Assembly (NCBI GenBank): GCA_030141605.1
Contig: JAQGDQ010000118.1
Coordinates: 248,001-312,000, forward strand
Direction of reading: 5' to 3'
DNA length: 64,000 bases
From: Tubiluchus corallicola
Taxonomy: Eukaryota > Animalia > Priapulida
The position numbers and the translations under genes were made by a program. Under the pieces are notes generated by a model. That model saw nothing but the letters and a program-made list of their open reading frames with translations, searched no databases and had not been told where the DNA came from. Positions 1-14,300 of this stretch are shown here, piece after piece (position 1 is the first letter of the stretch; each line of letters opens with the position of its first letter).

Positions 1-74
1 GATACATTCATAATAACAATAGATATAGTTATACTCGGATTTATACAAATAGAATAACTACAGGTAAACACCGA

Positions 75-402
75 TTTTTACCGGAAATTGTTTATACGGC
101 TAAAAAAATCACTAGAAAATAATAAACTAATATATATATATATATATATTAGTGACTATATTATTGACTGATATATTATATCATATCATATCATATCATA
201 TCATATCATATCATATCATATCATATCATATCATATCATATCATATCATATCATATCATATCATATCATATCATATCATATATCATATCATATCATATTA
301 TATTATATCAATATATATATATATATAATGATCAAATATATGTAGTGGTTTATTATTTTCTAGTATTATTTTTTAACCTGTATGAACAATTTCCGGTAAA
401 AA
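75..402. repeat. Small inverted-repeat (MITE/foldback-like) unit enclosing (TA)n and (ATATC)n microsatellites
   Basis: Arm 75-127 (tttttaccggaaattg...ctagaaaataataaac) is the imperfect reverse complement of arm 348-402. An ATATC array runs about 178-298. Confidence 0.8.
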
Positions 403-919
403 CATATTCATATATGCATAATGTACGTAATTATAGATACATATTATATTATCCATTTATTAAGTTAACACTGCACAATTTCTCTTATAGCGTTGACTTG
501 ATGTGTCTTCATGAGATGATGATTTACAAATTTTGTATGTTACAGTTCTGTATGTACATGGACACACTGGCATTGCATATAAAAATCCAATGTAACGTAT
601 TTATATCACACTTGCTCATAGCGTTTTTTAAATCATGTAAATTGGGCGTATACACTATGCAGCCTCATATGCAAACAAACCAAATTAATTACAAATTATG
701 TGACAATTGACCAGAACACGTGGCCACGAGCCCAATTAACGCAAAGAAAGGCAAAACCATGCCGTTGTGTATTGTACGATCACGTTCTTCAAACAGTAAA
801 GTTGACGTAAATAAGCAGAAACCCGCCCACTTGAGAAATAATCCGGTTCACAGCAACGCAATGAAATGAACGCGTAAAGCTCTTAATTTATTATTCCATC
901 AAATTATTAAGAAGTTTGG

Positions 920-998
920 AGAGCGAGCGAGAGAGAGAGAGAAACAGGAGAGAGGGGAGGGAGAGAAAAAGAGGGGGGGGGAAGGAAAGGGGAGAGTT
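920..998. repeat. GA-rich polypurine tract
   Basis: (GA)n and G runs visible directly. Confidence 0.85.
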
Positions 999-2390
999 GA
1001 CAAATGCATAAATGAGATCCTTAATCACGAAAATTTAGTATTAATTTATTTGGTGAAAAACAACAAAGTCATACAAATATATGTTTCTCTCTGCTTCCAA
1101 TTTTGAATAATACGAAAAATAACAAGTGCTTTACACAAATTCCACAACGGCGACGTCCTCAGAAGGCAGGAATCCTGACATTCATTGATTTCGTTATAAA
1201 ATTACACACCAAATTTTGTTTAAACTATGATAAACTGAAAAGAATGGTTACACTGTAGACTTTCGAAGTAAGCCAAACACTGCAAACTATAATACTGGTG
1301 TTATAAACAACAAAATTATTCTTCACTTATTACGCTGATACAACACAAATACTTCGAACTAAGATAATGTACTGATAAACATAATGTATAATTAGTAAAT
1401 GTGTAAATTTGTCACTGATTTTCAGCATTAAACCAAAAGTTAACATCAATTTTTCTTTGTTTGAAAGTAAATAAAATGCATCACAAAGTTGAAGCAACAG
1501 TGGTCCAAACGAGACTTTCTAATTTAAAATCGTTCCATAATGATAATTCCAGCGTTTAATGATTGATCACAAACTGATTAAAAATTCAAACAAGCTTTAA
1601 TCCTGTACTGCATTGTAAATGGCTAGCAGAAGAAAGTATTATGACAGCATGTGACCTCAATGCTTTTGACAATCACTACTTCACTTGTTGACAGCTCTAC
1701 CAAAGATCAACATCTACCTAGCCAACTTTGCAACGCCATTATTATACAAAGTGATCTCACTAATGCCAGACGTATCATCATCGTCATCGTTTCCTAACCT
1801 AATACGGCTTATATAGCGCGAGACAAGGGCATCCTTAGGCTTGTACGCGTGGCTAGCTCAGATTGACAATCGATACGTGTATAAGCAGTGAGAAATAGCT
1901 CCCAAATGCTTTCACTGTACGTTCACGCGCTACACAAATACTACTGGATGGTGGGCTTCCTCATAAACAACTGATGAAGCCACCAGCACGTGCTGCACTA
2001 AACTGTGATCACCAATACAACGCCAACTACACGAGCTAATTCACAACAGATTACATCTGCCTGTTAACTAGTGTTAAAAAGCTCTAATATGCGAAAACAA
2101 TAACGCAACTAATAGATGGATTTCAAGGCAAATGTTAGCATCATCATCGTAATCATTATCATTATTGTGCTTTGTTAATTTTATTCTTGTACACAAATAA
2201 AAAATATTCAACTGAATTGATGCTGTTGGTTAAACAACCCAGGAATACCATTTTGACTAACGAAGGTTAGTCATTCATCTCTTTGCAATTTAATACTTCT
2301 CATAACTGCTTTTGAATTATCACGTGCTTTAACACTGAACCCATCAATTTCCTTAATAAAGTTGTTTATTTCAACTGGTGCGCGATAAGT

Positions 2391-4525
2391 TAGGTACTGG
2401 TATTTTGGTATGAGGAAATATTGGTACCGGGAAAATTTGGTACTAGGAATTTTTGGTAAGCAGTAATTTTGGTACTGGGAAAATCTGGTACAAGGAATTT
2501 TTGGTATGTGGTAATTTTGCTACTGGGAAAATTTATTAGGAATTTTTGGTATGCGGTAATTTTGGTACTGGGAAAATTTGGTACAGAGTAAACATGGTAC
2601 TGGCAAAAATTGTACTAACAAAGTTTTGTCAGGCATTTTTGGTACAAGTAGATATTGTATAAGGTAAAAATGGTATGGAACAAATTTGGTACTAGGAAAG
2701 TTTAGTACTCGAAAAGAAAAGTTTGGCACTAGGAAAATTAGGTACAGAGGTAAGTTTGGTACAAGGAAAGTTTGGTGCTATGAAAACATATTTTATATAA
2801 GTCACTCGAACAGGTTATAGGGGCTCATATTATTGCATTAGTTTCTATTTGTTCTTTGTTCGCTTTCTTTTTGTTTGTAAATATGTTGTTTGTTATTTGT
2901 CATTGGTGCTGTTTGTCGCTCTTTTGTTGTGATTACTAACACCACCACCAGCACAACCATCATAATAATCGTTATTGTTCTCATTGTTACATTTGTCATT
3001 TTGTTGCTACTGCCGTCGTCATTGTTGTTGTTGCATTTGCTGCTGCTGTTGTTGTTGTTATTGTTATTGCTACTGTTAATACTGTTAGCAGTAAACATCA
3101 TAATTACCAGCATCACCACTGTTACTGTTGTGCCAATAAATAACGATGGGTAATTACAGTTAACAATAATATTGATGATGACAACGATGACGATAGTAAC
3201 GATGACAATGATAACAGTGATGATAATGGCAAAGATGATACTGATGATGATGTTGACAGTGACAATGATTATGACAATTGTAGCAAAAGCGAGAATGACA
3301 GTGATTACTACTGCATATAGTGGTTACTGCTTATGTGGCACATTTGTGACACTTCTGATAATTCAAATGATTTAAATTGAATTCCGATTTTATGGAAAAT
3401 GTTTTACGGGGGAATAAATAATACTCATTTCTCAAATGTTAGTAGCAGTTCTTGGTGCAGTACTATTTTTACTTTTGTTTGTCTGAGTGCTTGTCTAAAA
3501 AGCAAAAAAATTACCTGTGCCTTTGTCATTATAGTAACTATTAAAATACAGACGGACGTATGGACAGACAGGCAGGTAGGCAGATGACTTGCTAAAAATA
3601 GGCAGCTGAGCAATATTTAGTTGTTTAATTGTTTCTACCAGTGTAGTAATTCAGTAAGCAGCAATACCGTAATTGTTATATACATTACATAACTTCATAA
3701 TTTCAAAAATTTCGTTTTCAAATTAGACTTAAAACTGTAAAATTGCCAATGCCACGCCAGCAGCGTCATGACAACATTACACCGTCATCGTCGTCACTGC
3801 CACCAGCAACAATAGTAGAAGAAGTAGTAGTAGAATCAAGAAGAACGGTTCTCACTCCTTACTGTGGGCCACGCGGGAAACCAAACTACGCTGATGCAGG
3901 GCGTTTCTGTCCAGGGAATTAGCCTCCACTACCATGTTCTTATCTTAGTTTGATAATTTTTGTAAAAAAAACAAAGAAAGTGATCATTTTTCTCAAAAAA
4001 AAAAGCAAATTGACCGAGCTTTTTGGAAAATTTGCATAACGAGCTGGAGACCTTTCATTTTTTGCTGAAAGAATTCTCAAATATACCAGCATGGATGGGA
4101 TAATCACGGATAAAATTTTTTGCCAGGCTCTGTTAATTACAGTATAATGTTTTATGAACTTTTTAAAAAATCAGACTTTTCTATAGTACCAGATTTCCTC
4201 CCTACTGAATAAACTCCTTTATTTTCTAGTTGAAACAATTATTATATAGAAGTGCTCTCTTTTTCGTTTAGTACCAAATTTTCAAGTACCAAACTTTCTA
4301 GTACCAAATTTTCTTCGTACCAAACATTCCCCGTACCACATTTTCCTAGTACCAAAAATTCCTTGTACCTTAAGAAGATATCACCAGATTTACCTGTACC
4401 AAAATTACTGCGTACCAATAATTCCTAGCACCAAATTTTCCCAGTACGAAAATTTCCTTGTACCAAAATTACTTGTACAGAACCTATATGTACCAAAAAC
4501 TTACTTGTAACAAAAGTTACCTACA
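2391..4525. mobile_element. Foldback-type element with long inverted arms made of ~18-20-bp GGTAC-core subrepeats
   Basis: The left arm ~2391-2780 (ggtactgggaaaattt units) is the reverse complement of the right arm ~4270-4525 (gtaccaaattttc units). The spacer holds degenerate trinucleotide repeats (2880-3310). Confidence 0.75.
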
Positions 4526-6308
4526 TTTTACCCAACTATATGGTACAATTTACTCAGAGTGTTTTGCAACTTTGATTTTGAACCACTGACCTAAGGACGC
4601 ATTTATTAAAGGTTGTTAAATTTCTTGCTAAAAGTATTTTAGATGTTTTATGAATTATCACACACTTTGACCTTGAATAATCTTGGTATCCAAGGTCACA
4701 GTTTAACTGCTCAAATTCGTTTAACCCGCTTAGTACAACGTTGTGGACATTTGTTCGCCAACTAACTGTGGGTTTGAAACTGCAACTTTTCATGCTTTGA
4801 CCTTGAACCACACACATCTGAGACCAGGTAGAAGCGTTCTGTTTTGGACACACTGACACCAATAATGCAAGCTTTATGATCATGCCAATAAAATTGCAGT
4901 ACCTGCAGTATCCTTCAACTGATGCTCCGCACGGACAGACTGATATACACAGAGTCCGTGAAGATTCGATGAAATCGAGTCAATTAGACACAAATTGCTA
5001 ATACGCTATCTACCCTTTCACCTTTCTGGTTGTTTTTTATCGCACTAATAAAATACAGTTCAAAACAAAGGCCGCATGCCTAGAAAATGCAACCACTCAC
5101 TCGTCCACGCATCCATATTAATTTAAATCTAATTGACAATAGTAACTTGTATAGTCTGTTTTCAATCGCCTACATATCACCACATTTTAAAATTGTAGGC
5201 TCAATGCACAGAAACTATCATGCCCGGGGACTGGAGCTGGCACTGAAATTTAATTAATCCGCTAACTAGTTGGAAAGTGATTACAAGCAGACAAGGCCAA
5301 TTTAACTGCACTGACAATTTTTAACTTTGCTGGAAGATAATTGTCACAAATAAATGATTATTCAGCTACAAATTCTGGATTGCACATTTTAACAGAAACA
5401 TTAATTTTGCTGAGTAGTGGAAGATTTGTCGCTTTCGCACATAGTTTGAAATATGTTTGTTATCTTAAAGTAAGTTAAAGAAGGTAAAGTAAAATAGCAG
5501 GCATACGTGTTTGTCTTAAAGTAAAAGAATGTAAAGCAAGTAAGAATTTATTTTCAGTGTTGTATATATTATCTTACAATGCATGGACCAGTGTTTTACG
5601 ACACCAAGCTGATATGGCCAAAGTTTGCATATACATGCACAGCACATGAATATAAAATTATTCTATGGAAATTATGCGAAGGTTGCGTGCCTATATATAA
5701 CGTAAAAATACTTATAATACCCTATGCAGTCTGTAGTTAAAGGAAGAACCAATCAGCGAACAACATTTATTGCATTTTAATATACAATAAAAAAAATATT
5801 GAAATCATTACATAAGGTACCGGGTGGGTTACTTAGTTTATAAAATTCGCTCTATAAGTCAAAAAAAGATTGCTGAAGTACTTGGCAGAATAACTGTTTT
5901 ATGGCACGGTAACAGATAACGCCATTTTTCACCAAAGTGATCGCGATTTTAAATTGAAATTATTAATTACACGAGGCGTTTATCACAATTTCAAATATTT
6001 TTCTCAAATATTAGAATAAGCTCAACTTCCCGAAAGACTTGGCTTTTGCTTTAATACTGTGGTATTATGTATGTGTACAGTATGTCCTGTACAACGTGCT
6101 ATGCACAAATTAAAATCACAGCATTAAAGCATCAACTTAATTGGTCTTCAATCTATCTTGTAAGTTTGCAACAATGGAGATTTAAATACATAACTTCTTT
6201 GACTTACGCAACTTACTTAAGTGATTTTACTGTTATGCAAATACTAGAATCACAATATACTTTCAGTACACAGATATATAGCAACAACATTTCATTACAG
6301 CCACTTAC

Positions 6309-6509
6309 CTTGGACTTTTTTCCCACACCTTTGACAGACTTCTTTTTCATCACATTATTGATCTTGTGATTTTCAAGATCAACCTTGAGAGGTGACGTCC
6401 AGTTTACCGGAAAAGGTGACTGAATTTGATTGTTCAATCTGACTTCGTTTTCCTGTTTCATCACTCCTAATATTTTCGCCCTTTCTTCTTCGGCGAGATG
6501 AACCAAATT
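6309..6509 (-). CDS. AUTS2: Probable second coding exon of the AUTS2-family gene (NLVHLAEEERAK...KKSVKGVGKKSK, 67 aa)
   Basis: Strong acceptor tttccttttctag and donor AAG|gtaagt; 201 nt, phase 0-0, compatible with exon 1, with a Lys-rich end. Assignment rests on strand and phase, not recognisable homology. Confidence 0.7.
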
Positions 6510-9500
6510 CTAGAAAAGGAAACACATAATTGTAAATTTGTTAATTTTTAAAAGCAGTTAATATTTTATTAAAAAGTTTAAAAAATGAAGACACGCAATT
6601 ACTCTTTCAACTTGTACAAATTCAAAATGTTATGTAGATTTGTGTTTACCATTATGATTCCACATGATTCAAAAGTATTTTAACTCTTAATCTTCACAGT
6701 GTTATTACTATCATAAACACTAATCACGATATACGTAATTGACCGTTTAGACTACCAGGCATTCCCAAAAATTCGCCTGAAAAAGTGAGCGAGTGACAAG
6801 TTTGCTGACATGTGTAGACATGTGTGAATGGCAGCCGTACGTGACCCCAATGAAATGCAACTTGCATTTTCCCAGGTGATGTGCTTCCACGAAGAGACTT
6901 CCTAGTCAGAGGCCCCGAATTTTTTGCACGTGGCCACTGCTACGGTTGCAGAAATATGTTTTCCACAGGGTCGATAATTTAGACACACGACAATTAGTGT
7001 CACATACACTAAATAAATATATACTCGGAAATAAATAATTCATTTCAAAACACGCAAAAAAAACTTTGAACGTCACTCCGTCACATTCGTGGACAGTCAA
7101 AACAGATTTATTTCCTTATAATGCTTTTTATACATGTAGGCACAATGCATCTGGCACTCAGAGCAGCAATTCTATTCTTCAGGGCTATTGATTCATACAA
7201 GGAACGGATTATCTCTCTGCGGCCCGTTAGCTCGCATAGGGAATACCAACAACTGCAAATTGCGTCTGTTTTATTGTTTACTGTGTCAATTTTCCTCACT
7301 TTAAAGGCTATTCCCCGTGAAACATGTCTTGTCAACTATTTATGACAGAGAAGTTAGTAATTATTGTAGTTACATTCTGTATACGAGTGCTCACATTACT
7401 TGACCATACAAACAACTGGAGAAACTTTTGGAAAAATTAAATACAAACGAAAAGAGGTAACTATTATCGGGCATTTTTCGAACATTTTGGAAAGAGTTAT
7501 TTAACTTTTTGCAAAACAAAAGAATTGAACTACAAGATCCAAGCGTTAGGTGACGTTTAAAAAGACAAAATAAGAAAGGTACGCTTCAAAATTACATTTA
7601 ATTATAAATTTTCGAAATTTTTTATTTCTTTTACGGTTATAATACTTATGTAGCGTATAGTTGTTAAACTGTTTAATAACACGCGACACTGCTAAAATTC
7701 AACGGAACTAGGTAGGACATTACGTTCAATGCTCGCACTTTATTGGTCACTTGAGAGTTAAATTTTGCAAAAAATGATTAAACGGGGCTTTTGCTAGTGT
7801 GAAATAGTTCACATGATTTACATGAAATAGTTCACACGATTTACATTAAATTTGGCCTGCAAATACATGCATATCGTTTTGAATGAGAAGATACTTGGTT
7901 ACGTTACCTGAATGATTGTACGTATACAATGTGGCCGATTTAAATGCTTTTATTTAGTTTTGTAACTGAAAAGGATCAGTAAGAAATATATTTATAATGG
8001 TTATAATTAAAGTAAAAAACAAAAAAATCTAAGCAACAAACAAACAACGTACGCAAGCTCACGGACTCAAATGGATTCATAACGATAATAACATATCCCA
8101 GACAATCAAATATTATAATTGTAGTTAAAAAAATCTACTGCCTTAACACATGATATCAAGCAACAAACAGTACTTAGACTAGAGAGGCTGTTCTATGCTC
8201 ATACACATTTTAAACAAATTTGAATTCATCTTACAAGGCAACTTTTACAAACATTCGTGGTCGTATGTTCCCCAGGTCATAGTTTTAAAACTGCAAGTTC
8301 AACACTCACAGAAGCATAAAAAATATACAAAGTGTTACAAACTTTCCTGAATCGGCTTTGAATTCAACACTGCGATGGAAAACGACCAGACACTAATAAA
8401 GTAGAATATACATTCTTAGAAGGACAATTTTAGACAGCATTAATTTTTAACTTTACTTGAACAGACCAAGTAAGGAGCAAGGCAGGCACAGGGCAGGCAA
8501 GTGTTAAGCCATTTAAACAATCACCTTTATCTCCATTCGACTACGTATTGTCGCTTCTCATTAGCTGTTCATCTCGGATTATCTGTTAAATACCCCTTCA
8601 TTAAATGGTCCACAGAGCGCTTTTGGTCTTTATAGAAAACAGGAATAATGCCAAGAAAATAATCAAAAGTAATAACAAGTCCAAGTACTTACAAAACTAC
8701 ACATCTTTAACTTTTAATAATCAAATAAAAATGTCCCTCTCCTCTGTTTTGAATTACACGGAGTATTATGTCCAGAATATGTCGCTTTCTAAAAACACTT
8801 TTACATGTATTATGCTGATGAATTGTACTCACTGGTGAAATTTTTTTTTCAACATTCTTAGACTCATTTCCAGGACGACTACAAATTTGTGCAACATTTT
8901 ATTTGCAATGAAATATGTAGTAACTAGTTTAATTTACAGCCAAAGAAAGGTTAAAATTAAGTAAAATATCTGCCGACACGGTCACTCATTGTAAAGCACA
9001 CACTGCCACGTGCCGACTCTTCTAGATGCTTTTGTTCATCAGTGATGTTTCAAAAAATTCTGTCATGGCCTGATGATCCAACACATGTACCCAGTAACAA
9101 ATGTACTCCAATAGATCAAGAATCTTCCGCCATTATACCACAAACCTCATGCAAGTGCTTTAACAGTGTGTTCATGCAAGTTGCCTGGTCGCAGGATGCA
9201 AGATGCAGACGTACAATACATATCAAAACACCAGGTGATGTGGTGCCACCCAAACTAGTGACAGCATTCCTGTCATCATTACAACATAAGTACTACAATA
9301 AGAGTGTGAAATGCTAAAGAATACTCTAAAAACTATCCAGATCTATCTGTCCGTTTTATTAATGCTATTATTACACCAATAGCACTTTTTATAGCAGCAT
9401 CACCAGTCAATCTGGGGAATGTAGATCCTTTCCAAGCTCCTACTTTAAATCTTTTTGCTGATCTTTTGTTACAAAAGTTTATTCAGTTATGCTGACGCAA

Positions 9501-10460
9501 CAAAATTATGATAGTAAAGACCATTTTACGTAATCACCGCCGATGTGTATTCGCTTCGTTTAGTAAATTTAATTTTAAATACCGATTTACATCACCCAGA
9601 CCAACAAGAGGCAACAGTGAAGCTCGGATCAATCATGTCACTGTTTACCCGAGGCATACAACATTGACAACTGCACAGATTGTGTACAATTTCCACAGTA
9701 ATTTACTTGAAAACTGTGCACAATTTCTAGAGCAATTTACTCATCGCCTTTGTGTTTTCCAACAAAAAGCTCCTTCTGCAGGGGCGACGCCAACCCTCTA
9801 AGCGTGGTATTAATCTATGACCGAATTAACTGCTCTCTATTGCCGACTGTACCTTCGGGCATGCATCTCAACGCTTGCTTAAAATTCCCTGTTTAAAATT
9901 AGCACAATGATCACGAGTATTGATCAACGTATATAAAATCCCGCTTGTTCAACAGTCGGAAAACCACTAAACTGTTTTTATTTTCCTGTGCTATCATTAA
10001 TAACTAATCCCATCTCGGTATATGTTGAATAAGTTAAGCTTTCCTGTCCATGCAATGAGGAATTTAACAAACGCAACGCAGAGCATTAATCAGTCAGTAA
10101 TACTAATCATATAAAAATGTAAAGCCACTTTGGGCAATCTTCACATGTGTGACATTTTGCTCTAATTAATAGCTTTTATTCGGTTGGCTTTTATTCGGCG
10201 TTTTGCGTTTCCTTTTTAGTTATACTCAAAATTGTATAACGATTTATTAAGTGCGAAAAACATTAACTTATAAGAAGGGGAATTTTTGCGAAAGCTTGTT
10301 AAACAGTTACAATTTACTGTAATTCAACCAATAAAAATTACTTAACTCACGTACATCATACACGTCCAATACTTATGCATATTACTTCTAAAGGAAAGGC
10401 TTTCTTATCCCCTGCAAAAATCGCAGTTTCAGACCTATGTAGTATATGGTACATTTTTTG

Positions 10461-10982
10461 CAGGGCCGGATTACTGCATAGGCCAACTAGGCCCTGGCTT
10501 AGAGCCCTGCGTTTTAGAAAGGTCTCGCCGGCCTAACAGGCCCATGGTTTACACTCATATAAAATTCATGTACCCTACTTGTTCAATAACATGTGAGAAA
10601 AACTGCAAAGATTGTTATTGAATAGTAACGTTTTTTCCAAAAAACTGAAATATCTGTAAACTAAACACTTATAAAATTGCATAATTAGTACAGCGTACAT
10701 ATAATAACAATGTACAAATCTAATGTATAAATCTAACGTACAAATCCAATAATGGACAAAATAATGTACCAAATCTAATGTTATCGGAATTTAGTAACTA
10801 ATCATTAAAAACTTGATCAAGTACGAAATTATGATAATATCTAAAATCCAGAAATAATAAAATTCGCGATAAAAGCTTCTAAAAAGCGGAGATGCTTATA
10901 CTTTCAAACATCCAGGGAGAAGGGGGTATCACAGCGCTTCCCAACTGGCCTAGGGCCCCGCAAAGTACTAATCCACCCCCTG
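10461..10982. mobile_element. Non-autonomous hAT (Tip100-like) MITE
   Basis: Termini CAGGGCCGGATTA and TAATCCACCCCCTG, with subterminal GGCCC motifs. 8-bp TSD attttttg/attttatg (7/8). Confidence 0.8.
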
Positions 10983-11194
10983 ATTTTATGAAAGACTCGA
11001 GTAGGTTGTACTCTTTGCTTCAATTTTAATGTAAAAAGGAAATTTAAAGAAACTATTTTATGATCCAGTATACATTGTATTGTACTGTATCATTTGTACG
11101 ATGTAATACTTTCATTTTTAGCTACTAAGAAAAATTATTAAATATCATTGCTTATTGGTACTAAGTAAGTAAATAAGTGAGTGAGTGAGTAAGT

Positions 11195-11390
11195 AGTATA
11201 ATATAGTATAGTAACATCTTTATTTGCTATGATATATTGGGAATCATAAGAAAATATTAAGATACTCAATCAGTCATAGTCAAAAACATACACTGTTGGA
11301 GACAAATGCGTCAGTACAAAAACTAAACTACAGGTGCAAAAAAATAAAATATAACTTTAAATTTAAAGTTTACATATTTTACATATTTAA
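11195..11390 (-). mobile_element. 3' end of an L2/CR1-group LINE, copy 1
   Basis: Closely similar to 56670-56865. On the minus strand it ends AATAAAGATGTT followed by an (ACTAT)n tail. Confidence 0.7.
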
Positions 11391-14300
11391 GTAAATTTGT
11401 AATTTATGTAGGTTATTTTGTTTCAAATACGAGGTTCATAAAACCTATTTACAGTAAGAAGTTAAAATTTACAAAAATTATAAGATAAAATTAATAAAAA
11501 ATATTTACAAGTTGGAAATTTTGTTAAAATGCAGCCAAGCGAATCACTTGTACAATGTTAATTGCCAAAAGTTACGTAATTTTGATATAACCTGAATAAC
11601 TGCGCCAGAGCGATGCTCCACATACGTTAGTACTAACACATGAAAACAAAAATATCCTATGATAGTGCTATCTGTATGGTACTAATAACGATACGGTGTA
11701 CTGTAAGTAGCACAACAAATGCAAACTTTATAATAGTTAATTAGAATCAAATAAATGAATTAATTCGTAAACTTAATTTCTCAAAAAAGTGACGTTTAAC
11801 TCAGTGCAGAAATTTAACATACTTACAGTATATTGAGTTAAGAGTGCCCATAATGACATAACAAGCGTTTGATGTCCAATCAAATTTTTCAGTAAAATAG
11901 TCAAATGGGCACAAGGTCTGAATGTAACAAAAAGCAGATTGCGGCGGATTAGTCACTCCATAAGCGATAATCATCGAACGGGCGTTTTCCTCTTTTCCTG
12001 CAGAATGATAAGCTGTTTACGGGATTAATCGATGGTTCTTGTAATCAGGCCTGACAATCTCAAGTCACTTTCGTTCAAACAATGAGCCATCAGGAAGAAC
12101 AGCTGCAGACGGAGGACTCCATACAGATATGTCGTTTAGTAAGGGGAAAAATTAACATTTCCTCAGAAATAAAACAGCGACAATATAAGATAATGATCTG
12201 GGGCATTGAAATGCTTTAACTGGGTAATTATTTATACACTTCTGACAGCTTCCGTTTTTCAATTGTTCGGAGACATAACCTGCCTTACAAGACAGATTAT
12301 GCAAGCCAGTAAATATAAAACGAATTGATGCCATGAAAAGATGATGTGTAAAATAACACCAGCCACGGGTTGTCCTTCAAAATAGTAATGGTGACGATGA
12401 TTCATCACAACATCTGACCGGTGGTAGATCGACACTTGAGTAAAGCTGACACCTGAGCTGTTTCTGATAAAATGGCGAGACAGTGCGCAGTTACTAAATG
12501 TTAAACTATAGCTACAGTTGGTATCAAAAGTCTTACATCTTGCAAATATTTCATGCCTCCTGAAATTTTAGTTCTTAAATGAGCAAGATACAAAAATCAA
12601 GAGCAAACAGACATTGAAAGCAACAAAGGCAAATGGATCGGTTTTTAATTAGGCAATTAACTGGTAACAACTAACAACTCAATAACAGATTTATTGACAA
12701 ATTTGGTGTTAAAATGTTATTTAGGCCCAATTACTATCATTTATTTTATTTCAGACAATTAAAGTCCATAAAACAAGAATAAAAATAAGGCACAAGTAAA
12801 AAACATAAGCCACCAGGTTTATTATTTCTAGACTACAACAATTATCAAAATACCAAATATCTATTATAAAAAAAAGCTATGAAAATTTTCGCACTGGGTA
12901 GATAAAATGTGACATTTTAAAAAAAATTTGTCCTAACATAATTAATTAATCAAAAGAAAACGCCTGCCGACTCAGTGTATGACTTTCTCATTTCAAACCT
13001 ATTGCACTGCTTACAAAATTTTAGTTTAACGAGTCCTCTAGGTCACCTGAGTTCGAGTCAGGGTCTTTTACATTCTCCTGATATTTTAACAGGGTACCAT
13101 ATGTCTAAAAGAGCAAATACGTTACACAGATGATGACTTTGTTCCTGTGATAACGTGCGGAATTCGTCAACGCTACACTCTAGTAGTTAAATTTTGCTGA
13201 ATTATATAGCTAATCATAGCTTGAAATGATATATTAATTAAAATCAATAAGAGCATTGATCAGCCTCCATAAGGACGACGGTGCTGATCATGATGATAGT
13301 GAAAACTTTATGACACTGCTGGTAAAACCTAACATTTCAATTTTCTAAAAGATAAACATTTAAAGTAAATCTATTTTTAGTCTCTAGGCCATACAATCCC
13401 TTCAACCCTGACTTTTTTAGAAAAAACTGGAGACTACATTTCACACCATATAAGTGGCCTCAGGAAGTTATGAGGTAAATCAAGCAAAATCAGTAAACAA
13501 TCGTTCACAGCATGTCCATATCTACTAGTGAGTACATGTATTATCAACACCACGTGACGTTCTGCTACAAGTATATCGTTTCTTCACAAATATGAGTCTT
13601 GTTTTTTGAAAAACTTTTGTCTGTCATGTGACCACCTAAGCATAGACTTTGCGCTTAAAAAGGTAAGTTCCATTTCCATAACTTAAATGATGTCAACAAC
13701 TGACGTACCAAATTTTAGATACCACTTAGTGATTTCAACTAGTGTACAAGTGTCCAGACTGAACTAAACGATCTACATGGAGTTCACTGGAACCTACGAC
13801 GGCGATCACCTGATATTTGTTTATAGCACTGAAATAAAGATCTTTAAATTACGTATATGATATATTTTAGACAACATCAAAACTATGACAATTTCAAAAC
13901 TCAGTAATAAAGTTTTTTTCTCTATTTCACACAGGTATTAAAACTATTACGTGCATCCTTCCTCTTTCAAATTCTACATTCACAAACTTGTAGACATGCA
14001 CGAAATTTTGGAAATGCTTCTTATTTTCAGCTATGTCTTTACTGTCATTTCAAGATTTCACAAACAGAGAGCCAGAGCCAGTAGAAAATGTTACATAAAA
14101 CACTTGTAAATAAGTAAATACATATAAAAGAGTTTTATTCAAATTTAAAACGGGAAAGATCATATTGCGTGATTTGTAAAACACAATCAATAAAATTTCA
14201 ATTTGAAGCCATTTTTAAATTATGTTTAAATCACCCAATTATATCCATTAACTAAATTAATTAAGTGTCGAAAACAATTAGGATAATCTGACCTAGTCAT

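Noticed and set aside
2838-3375. Poly-Asn, poly-Leu and Met/Thr-rich ORFs (also 21845-22111, 43568-43816, 61110-61295)
   Set aside because: Translations of degenerate trinucleotide repeats.
4554-4883. 109-aa minus-strand ORF as a further AUTS2-like exon
   Set aside because: No recognisable similarity and no convincing splice-site pair.
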